From assembly GCF_000341895.1 (NCBI RefSeq), contig NC_020409.1, positions 3,272,411 through 3,304,410 of the forward strand: DNA of 32,000 nt, given 5' to 3'. Positions within the stretch are counted from its first letter, which is position 1. Each line of letters starts with the position of its first letter. The stretch is from Pseudodesulfovibrio piezophilus C1TLV30 (GTDB lineage Bacteria; Desulfobacterota; Desulfovibrionia; Desulfovibrionales; Desulfovibrionaceae). Below, piece after piece: positions 17,468 to 27,200 of this stretch. The notes under the pieces are model-generated. The model saw only the letters and a program-made list of their open reading frames with translations. It did no database searches and was not told the origin of the DNA. Both the position numbers and the translations under genes were made by a program.

Positions 17468-19381
17468 TTAGACAGAGAGGCCGAGGCCTTTGCGTCGTTC
17501 AAGAATGGCGTCATAAAGGGTTTCAGCCGCTTTGACAGGATCGGTTTCAGGGATGAAGTACCCGCCGAAAATATCCTTGGCTGTTTTTGTCAGGACTTCA
17601 ACAACGCCGGGAGCTCCCGTGATCTGGGGCATGATACCGACATGGGTGGGGAAGCCCAAAGCCACGGCCCAACTTCCAATGGCGACGGCTTTTTCAGACA
17701 TCAGTTCCGGTGCGGAGGCTACAACAGGAAGCTCACTCAGGTCTTTGTCCAGTGCCTTGGCAAGTGCCGAGGCAAGCATGACTGCGCGGGAGTTGTCCAC
17801 GCATGATCCCATATGCATGACAGGAGGCAGTGGTCCCTCCAGACCGGCAGCAGTACCGACGGCAGTCAGAACTCCCTTGAGAGATTCTCCGGCGAACTCT
17901 TCCGTGGCTTCCTGAGTCATCATGCCGTGCTTGGCAAAGGCTCCGGCTCCACAGCCCGTGGCGAGCACGAGTACGTTGCGAGCCAGCAGTTCCTTGACCA
18001 CCGTCATGTATGCATGATCCTGTTTGATCTTGACGTTGTTGCATCCGGCAAAGAGGGCAACACCCTTGATATCGCCACTGACAATGGCGTCAATGAGTGG
18101 TTTGAGGGGGTCTTCGGCATTCACCAGAGACAGGGCCTCGACAATCGCCTCGGTGCTGAAACCGACGATGGCGGTTTCCTTCTGCTGAGGAATGTTGACC
18201 CTGTGTGGATCTCGTTTGCGATAGGCATCGATGCATATGCGAACGATTTCCCGAGCACGATCCAGAGCATCTTTCTCACTGAATTCAACATGGCGTGCGC
18301 CGGTAATTTTGTTGTCCGGCATAGTCGTGATGACTTCGGTGTGAAAACAGCTTCCGAAAGTGGCGATCGAGGGCATGATGCACTGGACATCCACGACCAT
18401 ACCATCAATGGCACCAGTCAGAATGGCCATGTCCTGCGAGAGGTAATTGGTTGCCAGCGGAACGCCGCGCCGCATCATCACTTCGTTACCCGTACAGCAG
18501 ATACCAACAACATTGATACCTGCGGAAGCTCCGGCGGCGATGGCTTCATCATTGAGCAGCATGGCCATGTCGCAGATAACTTCACTGAGCAGGGGGTTGT
18601 GACCGTGCAGGGCGATGTTGACGGCGTCTTCCTTGAGCACGCCGAGGTTGGCCTTGGTAATGACCGGCTTTGGGGTGCCGAACATGGAGTCGGAGAGTTC
18701 TGTCGCCAACACCATGCCGGTGTAGTCGGCCATGGCGGCCCGGATTCCGGCCAGAAGCAGGTTGACGTGATCACTATCGCAGCCGACATGGGTCCGTGCC
18801 ATGACATTGGCCACTGCCGCGTCTATGTTATGGGGAAGAACTCCGGCTTTTCTCAACCGTTCGATTGTCACGGGCGGTAAGCTTTTGGAAAGCCATGTGC
18901 ATTCCTTGTGATGGTCTTGATTCATGAAGTCGTTGAGCGAAATATCCGCGACTTCGACAGCCAACTCCAGAGTGGTTTTTCCTTCGGCTTCAATGCCGAG
19001 CCTCTCGGCGACGCCCTTGAGCTTGGCTTCATCCTTGATGGCATAGGCGTCGAGTCCCTTCTCTCCAAGGTGTTTCATGGCGAGAGCGATGTGCCTTCCG
19101 TGTTCGGAGTGAGCAGCCGCTCCTGCCGCCTGCATTCGAATGAGATTCCTGGCGACGATGACCTCTGCCGTGGCACCACAGATGCCGCGATCAGGTCCAT
19201 TGCCGAAAGGATCGATTCGACAGGGTCCTTTCCAACAGATACGACAGCAAACGCCCAGTTCGCCGAAGCCACATTGGGGGAGCATCTTTTCATATCGGTC
19301 CCAGGGGGTGTCAATGCCGTTTTGTTCGGCTATGGGGGCGAGGATTGCCATGGATTTATCGATGGAATTGCTGTGGCTCAT
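17468..19381 (-). CDS. cooS: Anaerobic Ni-Fe carbon monoxide dehydrogenase catalytic subunit CooS
   Basis: The track ORF starts at 19423. The ATG at 19381 (MSHSNSIDKS) follows the cooF stop (TAA 19386-19388), with GAAGGA just upstream. The CooS N-terminal cluster signature is present: QCGFGELGVCCRICWKGPCRI. Length is 637 aa. Confidence 0.93.
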   Translation of the reverse strand: MSHSNSIDKSMAILAPIAEQNGIDTPWDRYEKMLPQCGFGELGVCCRICWKGPCRIDPFGNGPDRGICGATAEVIVARNLIRMQAAGAAAHSEHGRHIALAMKHLGEKGLDAYAIKDEAKLKGVAERLGIEAEGKTTLELAVEVADISLNDFMNQDHHKECTWLSKSLPPVTIERLRKAGVLPHNIDAAVANVMARTHVGCDSDHVNLLLAGIRAAMADYTGMVLATELSDSMFGTPKPVITKANLGVLKEDAVNIALHGHNPLLSEVICDMAMLLNDEAIAAGASAGINVVGICCTGNEVMMRRGVPLATNYLSQDMAILTGAIDGMVVDVQCIMPSIATFGSCFHTEVITTMPDNKITGARHVEFSEKDALDRAREIVRICIDAYRKRDPHRVNIPQQKETAIVGFSTEAIVEALSLVNAEDPLKPLIDAIVSGDIKGVALFAGCNNVKIKQDHAYMTVVKELLARNVLVLATGCGAGAFAKHGMMTQEATEEFAGESLKGVLTAVGTAAGLEGPLPPVMHMGSCVDNSRAVMLASALAKALDKDLSELPVVASAPELMSEKAVAIGSWAVALGFPTHVGIMPQITGAPGVVEVLTKTAKDIFGGYFIPETDPVKAAETLYDAILERRKGLGLSV

Positions 19382-19385
19382 ACTC

Positions 19386-19949
19386 TTATCCTTCGTACAT
19401 TGAATGGTTATGGGCGATTTCACGAGCTCGTGAGAGCATCAGGCGTTTGCGGTACTCAGTGAGTTTGATCACCTTCAGGGCGTGTGTCGGGCAGGCTTCA
19501 ACACAACCGCAGACCGGTTCCTTGCCGGGGTGGTTCCGGTGTTCGCAGAGGTTGCATTTCTTGGCCGTCCCCTGGTTGGTCACCCCTTCCGGGGCAGGAT
19601 ATCCTTCGCGGGAGACCTCAATGGCTCCAAACGGGCAGGCCATGACACAAATCTTGCAACCGACGCACTGTTTTTCATTGATGCGTACGATTCCGTCTTT
19701 CTGGAAAATGGCCCCTGTCGGGCAGGCGTGCGCACAGGGAGCATCTTCACACTGGCGACACTGCATCGGGACGTTAATGGAATCGACCTGGATCACACGG
19801 ATGCGTGAGATCAGTTCGTACCCCTTTGCTCTGGCCTCGATCAAAGAGCAGTCGCTATGCGCTTGCGCACAGGCCAGTTCGCACTGCCTGCATCCGACAC
19901 ATTTAGTTGTGTCGGCGTAGATAATCGAGTTTTCATCTGACTTAGGCAC
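19386..19949 (-). CDS. cooF: CooF-type 4x[4Fe-4S] ferredoxin (electron carrier between CODH and hydrogenase)
   Basis: 187 aa with a GTG start at 19949 and a G-rich stretch upstream. Cys groups are CVGCRQCELAC, CRQCEDAPCAHACP, CVGCKICVMACP and CNLC...CVEACP. The start codon choice is moderately uncertain. Confidence 0.85.
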   Translation of the reverse strand: MPKSDENSIIYADTTKCVGCRQCELACAQAHSDCSLIEARAKGYELISRIRVIQVDSINVPMQCRQCEDAPCAHACPTGAIFQKDGIVRINEKQCVGCKICVMACPFGAIEVSREGYPAPEGVTNQGTAKKCNLCEHRNHPGKEPVCGCVEACPTHALKVIKLTEYRKRLMLSRAREIAHNHSMYEG

Positions 19950-20108
19950 TATCTTACCCCCTGTCCTTTTGGGTTTTTCTGGCTATCACGACACTTGCCT
20001 CGTGTGCGGGCGACGGAGGGGCGGGTGTTCCGGGGAATGGAAAGTTCGTCCACTTGTATGCATGCGCCTGCATTGATCTGGTCAAGCGAGGAGTGTCTCC
20101 GGTCCATC

Positions 20109-20450
20109 TCATTCGGCCTCGAAATTTTTGACATACAACTCGCGTCCGGTTGCGAGATTGAGGTGTTCACTGCCACAGTGGCGGCATGAGGAGGGGAGTA
20201 TTTTTGTTGTTTCGATGGTGTCGCACCGAGTACACTTGAAAGAGATCGGGATGCGTTCGATAGCCAATTCCGCACCTTGGGCGAACCCTGTTTGCGAGGC
20301 AATCTCGAAACATCCCTGGAGGGTCTGTTCTTCTACACAGGCGAGTTCGCCCCGGCATAGAGTGATTCGGCTCACCGTATTCAGGCCGAGCTTTTTCATT
20401 TCTTCTTCCACGATGGTCAATGCGCCAAGCACAATGGTCGCTTCATGCAT
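20109..20450 (-). CDS. hypA: Hydrogenase nickel-incorporation protein HypA
   Basis: The ATG at 20450 gives the canonical MHE N-terminus (MHEATIV...), with GGAGAAGGA upstream. Zn-site Cys pairs are CTRC ... CRHC. Length is 113 aa. The track start at 20465 adds 5 codons without support. Confidence 0.88.
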   Translation of the reverse strand: MHEATIVLGALTIVEEEMKKLGLNTVSRITLCRGELACVEEQTLQGCFEIASQTGFAQGAELAIERIPISFKCTRCDTIETTKILPSSCRHCGSEHLNLATGRELYVKNFEAE

Positions 20451-20526
20451 GATCCTTCTCCTCATTCACTGCGTCCCGAGAGTCCCGAGTGTTTTCCGAA
20501 TAAGGCCCGATTTTCTGGGAAGGGTC

Positions 20527-20542
20527 TGTCCGGTTTTTGACA
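20527..20542 (-). promoter_or_regulatory. CooA/CRP-type palindromic box TGTCC-N6-TGACA upstream of hypA-cooF-cooS-cooC
   Basis: TGTCCggttttTGACA, centred 84.5 nt upstream of the hypA ATG inside a 215-nt non-coding gap. An A/T-rich hexamer (TTATTC on the minus strand, 20498-20503) lies about 33 nt downstream of the box centre. The box and flanks match the box at 28051-28066 at 18 of 21 positions. Confidence 0.65.
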
Positions 20543-20665
20543 AAAGCGGAATTTAGGGCGGAAAGGACGACGCCTTCCCATGTCACTGGAAAGGCATCGC
20601 AGCATGAGAGTGATTCACACTTGAGGAAGATTCGATATGGTTTGTTGTCGTCTCGGAAAAGTCTG

Positions 20666-21748
20666 CTATCGCTCTGTACAGGATATGCACGGGTCTATGC
20701 TGTTGACGATGAGCGGTATGTCCGAGATCTTGCATTCTTTCATCATGACGTGAAGGGCCTCCCAATTCATGTAGGTAGGGACTCGCCATTTGAGTCGTTG
20801 AGGCCGATCGGAGCCGTCTGATTTCAGATAATAGATAAGTTCGCCGCGCGGCGCTTCGGATCGGGCCACGGATTGGCCTTCGGGGATGTCCGGCAGGCGG
20901 GTCGGAACAATGGGACCACCGGGCATCATGTCAAGCGATTGCTCGATAAGGGAGATCGCGTCCATTGCCTCACGGAGGCGGACAAGGGCTCGACTCTGCA
21001 CATCTCCGCGTGTCTCTGTCTGGACAGAGAAGGAAAGCTGATCATAAGCGGAATAGGGGGCCTTGTCCCGAATGTCATAGGCCACGCCCGATCCTCTGGC
21101 TACAGGCCCGACAACAGCCATGCGAACGGCTTCGTGCTTGGGAAGAACCCCGACGCCCTGGGTGCGTGCTTTGACCAGCGGGTCTTTTTCATAAAGCGCA
21201 TATATTTCATCGAGCGGTTTTTTGAGCTTTTCCAGTTGTCTGCGCAGTAAACGTTCGGTTTCGGTATCAAGGTCGTATTTGACTCCGCCTATGCAATTGG
21301 CGGCAAGGTCCATCCGGTTGCCATACACCTCTTCCTTGGCATCCTGTGCCAGTTCCCGAATTTCCATGACATGCATGAAGAGGGATTCAAAACCTATGAT
21401 GTGGGCCATGATTCCGACATTGAACAAATTGGAGGCCACACGTTTTATCTCGTCTGCCACAACCCGCAGAAAGGCGGCCCGTGGGGGAATGATAATTCCG
21501 GCAAGGTTTTCAATGGCCATGCAATAGGTGCAGGGATGGCTGTTTGAGCAGAGTGAGCAGAGTCGTTCTGTCAGGGTGATATTCTGAAAATAGTTGCGCT
21601 GCATGGCCAGTGATTCCATACCGCGATGCACATGGCCGGCCGTGATGTCGAGTCCCTTGACGGTTTCACCGTCAATTTCCACCTGGAAGTACATTGGTTC
21701 TTCAAGGGCCACATGCAGCGGTCCTACGGGGAGTGTATATGTTGTCAT
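20666..21748 (-). CDS. cooH: Group 4 [NiFe] hydrogenase large subunit CooH (EchE/HycE/NuoD-like)
   Basis: The ATG at 21748 (MTTYTLPVGPLHV) overlaps the upstream stop as TAATG. The N-terminal Ni-binding motif is RLCSLCS. The C-terminal motif DPCISCTER is followed directly by the stop, so no protease-cleaved extension is encoded, as in Coo/Ech enzymes. Length is 360 aa. Confidence 0.92.
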   Translation of the reverse strand: MTTYTLPVGPLHVALEEPMYFQVEIDGETVKGLDITAGHVHRGMESLAMQRNYFQNITLTERLCSLCSNSHPCTYCMAIENLAGIIIPPRAAFLRVVADEIKRVASNLFNVGIMAHIIGFESLFMHVMEIRELAQDAKEEVYGNRMDLAANCIGGVKYDLDTETERLLRRQLEKLKKPLDEIYALYEKDPLVKARTQGVGVLPKHEAVRMAVVGPVARGSGVAYDIRDKAPYSAYDQLSFSVQTETRGDVQSRALVRLREAMDAISLIEQSLDMMPGGPIVPTRLPDIPEGQSVARSEAPRGELIYYLKSDGSDRPQRLKWRVPTYMNWEALHVMMKECKISDIPLIVNSIDPCISCTER

Positions 21749-22293
21749 TATTTGGACTCCTTGGCCCAGTCGGGCATGGATGTCTGGGAGAAAATGGTTT
21801 CCCATAATCTTTTGGTCGAGGCTCCGTTCATCATGGATGAGAGGGGAACGAGACGATTGAGAACGCCCTGCTCAAGAGAAGGGTCGAGGAAAAGCCTTTT
21901 GGGTGCGGTTCTGCCGGAGAGTTCCAGGTCGTACAATTCTGCAAATTCCCGCTCATGCCAGTCGGCATTGGGGAAATACGCAATGAGTGAGGGAACCGTT
22001 CGTTCTGGAGAATTGAGGGCCAGAGTCAAGGTCAGAACAGTGCCGTCGATATCGAAATTATAGACAATTTCCATATCGGAGTTTGTGGCAAACTTTTCCT
22101 TGTTGTACACAGTTATAGTGCATAAGCGGGCGCCTACTCCAGCCAGGCTCTCGGCAGCCACGAGGAGGGACTCCGACTGCGAAAGGTTTCCCCAGGCAAA
22201 GGTATTGCCAGTGGAATCGTGAGTAGAGTCGAGCTTGATCTCTGAGAGAAGTTCATCGAGCTGGGTTAGGGCGGCGGATGTCAACAGGTTCAT
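21748..22293 (-). CDS. cooU: Hydrogenase subunit CooU (NuoC / 30-kDa subunit-like)
   Basis: The ATG at 22293 (MNLLTSAAL...) has GGAG upstream and lies 1 nt after the upstream TAA (22295-22297). A NuoC-like segment is present: FPNADWHEREFAELYDL. Length is 181 aa. The position between cooX and cooH matches the cooMKLXUH order. Confidence 0.8.
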   Translation of the reverse strand: MNLLTSAALTQLDELLSEIKLDSTHDSTGNTFAWGNLSQSESLLVAAESLAGVGARLCTITVYNKEKFATNSDMEIVYNFDIDGTVLTLTLALNSPERTVPSLIAYFPNADWHEREFAELYDLELSGRTAPKRLFLDPSLEQGVLNRLVPLSSMMNGASTKRLWETIFSQTSMPDWAKESK

Positions 22294-22294
22294 A

Positions 22295-22831
22295 TTATCT
22301 CCTGTCCATGAAGGCCAGTCTGGTGGATTGGGCCTGATGGCGAGCTGATATTTTACGACGACATGTGGGGCAAGTCTGCATGATTGAGGCTGCATCAACT
22401 GAGCCTATGGCATGAGTATGCAGTTTTTTACCAAGGGTTGGCAGCATACGTTCTCCACATTCGAGACAGGTAGGGTATTCGACGAATCGGGTTTCGCAGC
22501 AGGTGTATTTCTCTTCCTGAGCATGGGCGAGATGCCAGTCCTGTGTCATACGTATGGCTTTGGTCGGACAGTAGTGTTCGCAGAGACCGCAGAAGGTACA
22601 GGTGTTGTGCCAAAGACGAAATTCCACGCCGTTTCCTGACGTGGATTCAGTGAGGTCAATGGCTCCTCCAGCACAGACATGGCGGCATATCCCGCATGTC
22701 AGGCAGAGATTCGGATCGAGTTCTGCCCGACCCCTGAACCGGGTCGGGGTATGAGCCTCGCCCAGGGGAAACGGTTCCGTGGATGGGCCCTTGAGCAGGT
22801 TGGATACCAGGATTTTAAGAAATGGAAACAT
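22295..22831 (-). CDS. cooX: 2x[4Fe-4S] hydrogenase subunit CooX (HycF/NuoI-like)
   Basis: 178 aa. Cluster motifs are CLTCGICRHVC and CTFCGLCEHYCP. C-terminal Cys pairs CLEC ... CPTC also occur in E. coli HycF as I remember it. The start overlaps the cooL stop as TAATG at 22829-22833. Confidence 0.85.
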   Translation of the reverse strand: MFPFLKILVSNLLKGPSTEPFPLGEAHTPTRFRGRAELDPNLCLTCGICRHVCAGGAIDLTESTSGNGVEFRLWHNTCTFCGLCEHYCPTKAIRMTQDWHLAHAQEEKYTCCETRFVEYPTCLECGERMLPTLGKKLHTHAIGSVDAASIMQTCPTCRRKISARHQAQSTRLAFMDRR

Positions 22832-23274
22832 TACTTCACCTCTTCGATTCGGGTCTTCCAGATTTCACACGCCTTGATGATACCTTCGATGATGGCTTGC
22901 GGTCTTGGGGGACAGCCCGGAACATTGACGTCGATGGGTATGAACATATCCATGGGGCCTTCTATGGAATAGCTATCCCGAAAGACTCCGCCGGAAATGG
23001 GGCAGATGCCGACAGCCACAGTGATTTTGGGATGGGGGATTTCATCATAGACACGCAGAACCCGTTCCTTGACGCGAGTGGTCAATGGGCCCGTTATCAG
23101 GACGATGTCCGCATGGCGCGGGCTGCCACAGTATTTGCAACCCAGGCGTTCAACATCATAGCGCGGAATAAGGGCTGTGGTTGCCAATTCCACATCGCAG
23201 CCGTTACATGACCCGGCATTGATTCGATAGAGCCATGGGGAACGGGGGGCAAGACGGTTCAGGAATTTTTTCAT
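22831..23274 (-). CDS. cooL: Group 4 [NiFe] hydrogenase small subunit CooL (HycG/NuoB-like)
   Basis: The ATG at 23274 (MKKFLNRL...) has GAGGA upstream and follows the cooK stop (23288-23290). NuoB-type Cys ligands are present: GSCNGCD, GCKYCGSPRHAD, GICPISGG, PGCPPRP. Length is 147 aa. Confidence 0.9.
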   Translation of the reverse strand: MKKFLNRLAPRSPWLYRINAGSCNGCDVELATTALIPRYDVERLGCKYCGSPRHADIVLITGPLTTRVKERVLRVYDEIPHPKITVAVGICPISGGVFRDSYSIEGPMDMFIPIDVNVPGCPPRPQAIIEGIIKACEIWKTRIEEVK

Positions 23275-23287
23275 GATATATCCTCGC

Positions 23288-24238
23288 TCAGCGGAGTATG
23301 TACGCCAGTCCAAGGCTCAGATAGGCCAATGAAGACGGGTATTTGAGGAAAAAAGTGAATGCCTGATCAATGCGGAGTCGTCCTGTTGACGCCCTGAAAA
23401 GAGAGACTGAAACAAGCATCAGGACAAGACATTTGACCAGGTGGAGCAGAATATTGGTCACAATGCCGCCGGGAATGACTGTGGGCAGAAAGAGCGTCAC
23501 TCCCAGACTGAGAACAACAAAGAGTTTCAGGGCGGTCATCAGATTGAACAGGGCGAGCAGCGGGCCGGAGTATTCGAGAACCGGTCCTTCGATGACTTCC
23601 TCTTCGGCTTCTGGAATATCGAACAGGCCGCTTCCCATGGTGCCCGCGATAAAAGCCAGATAAGCCAGAAAAGCGGGGATCATGACAGGGTCGAGAATGA
23701 ACGGTCCGTGTGCAAGTTGATAAGTGATGATCCCATTCAGGGAGAATTGCCATCCGGCTCTGAGAGACAAGGCCAGAAGTGTTGCCAGCAGGGGGATTTC
23801 ATAGGCGAACATGATGATCATTTCGCGCGAGAACCCAAGGGCCCCGAAAGGGGAGCTGGATGCTGACCCGCCCAGCATGAAGGCAATGGCAGGCAGTCCC
23901 AAAAGGTAGAGCAGCACGAAGATATCTCCTGCGCCGGAGATGCCGTTCCAGACTCCGCTGACCGGAATCAGCGCAGCGCAAACGAGGCTGCCGGCCAGGC
24001 CGATTGCGGGAGCAAGGCGGAAGGCCCGTTCATTGCCCGACTCCGGGATCAGTATTTCCTTGGTGCTCAGTTTAATGATATCGTAGAACGGTTGCATGAT
24101 TGGTGGTCCTACGCGGCGTTGGGCACGAGCCACCACCACTCTGTCGATACCTTTGAACAGAAGTCCGGCCATGAGCGCGAAGAGACCGCCCGGGAAGATG
24201 AGCATGGCGACGGTTGCCTGTGTGTATCCTTCCAGCAT
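23288..24238 (-). CDS. cooK: Integral-membrane hydrogenase subunit CooK (HycD/NuoH-like)
   Basis: The track ORF (to 24472) runs 78 codons into cooM. The ATG at 24238 (MLEGYTQATVAML...) overlaps the cooM stop as TAATG. A NuoH-like motif is present (RRVGPPIMQPFYDIIKL), along with multiple hydrophobic helices. Length is 316 aa. Confidence 0.88.
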   Translation of the reverse strand: MLEGYTQATVAMLIFPGGLFALMAGLLFKGIDRVVVARAQRRVGPPIMQPFYDIIKLSTKEILIPESGNERAFRLAPAIGLAGSLVCAALIPVSGVWNGISGAGDIFVLLYLLGLPAIAFMLGGSASSSPFGALGFSREMIIMFAYEIPLLATLLALSLRAGWQFSLNGIITYQLAHGPFILDPVMIPAFLAYLAFIAGTMGSGLFDIPEAEEEVIEGPVLEYSGPLLALFNLMTALKLFVVLSLGVTLFLPTVIPGGIVTNILLHLVKCLVLMLVSVSLFRASTGRLRIDQAFTFFLKYPSSLAYLSLGLAYILR

Positions 24239-27200
24239 TATATATTCTCCTTGATGAAGGGCGCTCGAATCAGTCCTTGAAGACGTGTGACGAATTGCAG
24301 GGGCGCTTCGTAGACATTCGGGGCTGTGACATTGGTCGAGGCTGTCGGGAGATCGGCAATACCGCACAGGTGGATGGGCGTTTGCCGAACCTTGCCGGAC
24401 ATGGCGCTCAGAATGAGTCGTATCAGTGCGGCGGCAATGAGCAGCATGAATGCTATGAGAGGGGCATTCCATGCGCCGGGCCCATCAGTGATTCCACCGA
24501 GAACAACTGTTACCGGGGGGATTCCCAAAGAAGCCTCGATGAGGGCTATGGGTTTGAGGACCAGTCCGGGGAAGACGCCCATGACAAGGCTGAGAACTGA
24601 CAAGATCACCATCGGTATTCGCATGGCAGGGCTGACCTCCGTGACATTTTCATTGTGCGGTGCAAGTTGCCCGAAGAATGCGGCATGGAGGAATTTGGCG
24701 AAATACGCCAGTGTCAGCACACTTCCTGAAAGAGCGAGAAGTACCAGTACGATCTGGTTTTCCTGCAAGAGTGCATGGTAGAGAATCCATTTGGAGGTAA
24801 AACCGCTGAATGGGGGAATCCCTGCTGCGGATAAAGTGGCTATGCCGAAAGCCATGGTCGTCAACGGCATGCGCTTTCCAATGCCGCCTAGTTCTTCCAG
24901 AGAGTGGGCATGGGTACGATACATGAGTGCCCCGGCGCATAAGAAAGCGAGGTTCTTGAAGACCATATGGTTGACAAGATGCATCATGCCGCCAGCGACT
25001 CCCAGTGAGGTACCGAGGCAGATTCCAAGGAGTATATATGCCATCTGGCTTACTGTGGAGTATATCAGTACTCCCTTGATGCCCGATTGGGTGACGGCTT
25101 TGAATGCGGCATAGAAGAGAGTTACGGCGGCAATCCATGTCCCACAGTGCATCAGTCCGGTCATGGCCGAGGTCGATCGGATGTCAGCCCCCAGCACGAA
25201 ACACAGAATCAGAATGCCAAGAGGAGCGCTTTTGAGCAGAACTGCCGAGATATAGCCGCTGATAGGGGTGGGAGCCGTGGCCGGGTGCATCTGCCAGTCT
25301 ATGCGAAGCGGCAGCATTGCCGCCTTCATGAAAAGTCCTGCGCCGATGAAGATCATTGGGGCCAACCAAGCCCGTGTTTCAAGAGTGGGAAGTAAGCCGG
25401 CTATGGTCTGCATATCATAGGTCCCGGCAAGGTTGCCGAGGAGGAGTATGCCGATGAATATCATGGATGCACCGGCCAGGTTGAAGAGAAAGTATTTTGT
25501 TCCTTCTTTGAGTGCCTCGGAGCTTTCTTCATGGATGATCGCGAAGAAAAGAGGCCAACTGCTCATGATTTCCCAGAAAGCGAAAAAGTTGAACAGACTC
25601 GTGGAGAGAGACAGCCCCGTCAGTCCGCTGACCATGAGCAGGCAGGTTGTGTAAAAACGCCATTGGGTATGGCTATGATCCATGTATCCGGCGGAGTAGA
25701 TGAAACTGAGGGTTGCCGAAAATGTCACCAGGAGCGCAAATCCTAGAGCATAGGGGGCTGGAGCCGGAGACATGATCAGCAAGACTCCTCCTGCCAGGGC
25801 CGAAGAGAGAGCTGCCACCAGTGCTTGAAGTTTGTTGTTGTTGAGTACAAAGGTCGCCGCAGCTCCGGCAAGGGGAATGAGCGTTGCTATGGGCCAATGC
25901 AGTGAGAGGTCGGGGAGAGCCGGATGATTTGTGACTCCCCATGCGGCGTTAGCTGCGAGGATGACCTTGTCCAACCAGAGATTCGGCTCAATGCCGAAGA
26001 GGACACATGCGGCGGCAAGAAGCATCATGCCGAGTCGCATGGAGAGAGGAACCTCTAGAACAGTATCTTTTTCACAGGGTTGGAAAAAGAGGACTTTGAG
26101 CAGTCGTGAATAATAGACAGCCCCAATCAGGCTTCCCAGAAGAAGCAGTCCGGCCACGGGATAAAATCCAGCCTGAATGGCGGCGTGGAGCATGAGAAAT
26201 TTGCTGACGAATCCGTTAAAAGGCGGCAGGCCCATGATGGCAAGAGTTCCGATGACGAAACAGACGCCAGTGACAGGCATTTTTCTGCCCAAGCCGGAAA
26301 GTTTTTCAATCTGCTGGCTTCCGGCGCGGAGGATAAAAGCTCCGGCAGCGAGGAAGAGCAGGTTCTTCATGATGGCGTGGTTGACGACGTGACCGAGGGC
26401 GCCGGTCGTGGTTATCCATGTGTTGATGCCGAGGATGATGGCTATCTCACCCACTTGGGCCAAGGTGGAGTATGCGAGCATCCGTTTGATGTCAGTCTGG
26501 CGCAGTGCCATGATTTCACCAAGCAGGAGTGTACACCCCCCGGCAGCCATAATCGTATTGGGTAACAGGGAGGACAAGGCTGGGGTCCAGAAGGGAATGG
26601 CCCCGGCTGCGAACAGTGGAAGGAATTTGATGAGGCCGAAAAGTCCGGCCTTGGTCAGGATTCCCGACATAGGTGCGGAAATGGAAGATGGAGCCACGGG
26701 GTGTGCGTCCGGGAGCCATGAGTGCATGGGGAAAAGTCCAGCTTTGACGCCGAGACCGATGAAAAAGAGCATGGCAATGATTGCCAGTGTCGCTGGCGGC
26801 ATGTGTGCTGTTGCCGAGCCAAGAGCCGCGATGTCAAAAGTGTGAGAAGAGGAGTGCCAGAGCAGGATGCCGTAATGCATGATGCTGGCCCCGGAAGCGC
26901 ACATAATAAAGTATTTGTATCCGGCCTTGAGCGCCCCCTGTGTTTGTTTGTGAATAACCAGCAGGTAGGACGTCCATGTCATAAGTTCCCAGAACAGGTA
27001 GAACGTCCCCATGTCTGTGGCGGTGGTGACTCCGATGAGCGAACCAAACATCAGGAACAGGAAAAAAAAATAGCGGTTGGTATGGGTTGTTTCCTTGATG
27101 TAGCCAATGGAATAGAGGACCACGACACTGCAAAGAGTGGCGAAAAGCAGGGCTGTCAGATTGGAGAGCGCATCCAGTCCCTGCATTTGCCAGGTGACTA

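Noticed and set aside
19949-20302. A 117-aa minus-strand ORF spanning the hypA-cooF spacer and overlapping hypA out of frame.
   Set aside because: It overlaps the well-supported hypA in another frame. The translation is Ser/Arg/Pro-rich with no motifs and is most likely spurious.
22295-22520. Extra C-terminal Cys pairs (CLEC ... CPTC) in CooX that looked like a novel zinc-ribbon extension.
   Set aside because: E. coli HycF, as I recall its sequence, has an equivalent C-terminal pair of Cys-x2-Cys motifs. This is the normal HycF-type architecture rather than a novelty.
23288-24472. Track N-terminal extensions of several minus-strand genes: cooK to 24472, cooH to 21805, cooU to 22398, cooL to 23313, cooS to 19423, hypA to 20465, GT4 to 10015, the fusion gene to 7516 and cooA to 28813.
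   Set aside because: The extensions overlap the preceding gene and lack homology-like sequence. In each case an internal ATG sits at or just after the upstream stop, usually with an RBS, and yields the canonical family N-terminus.
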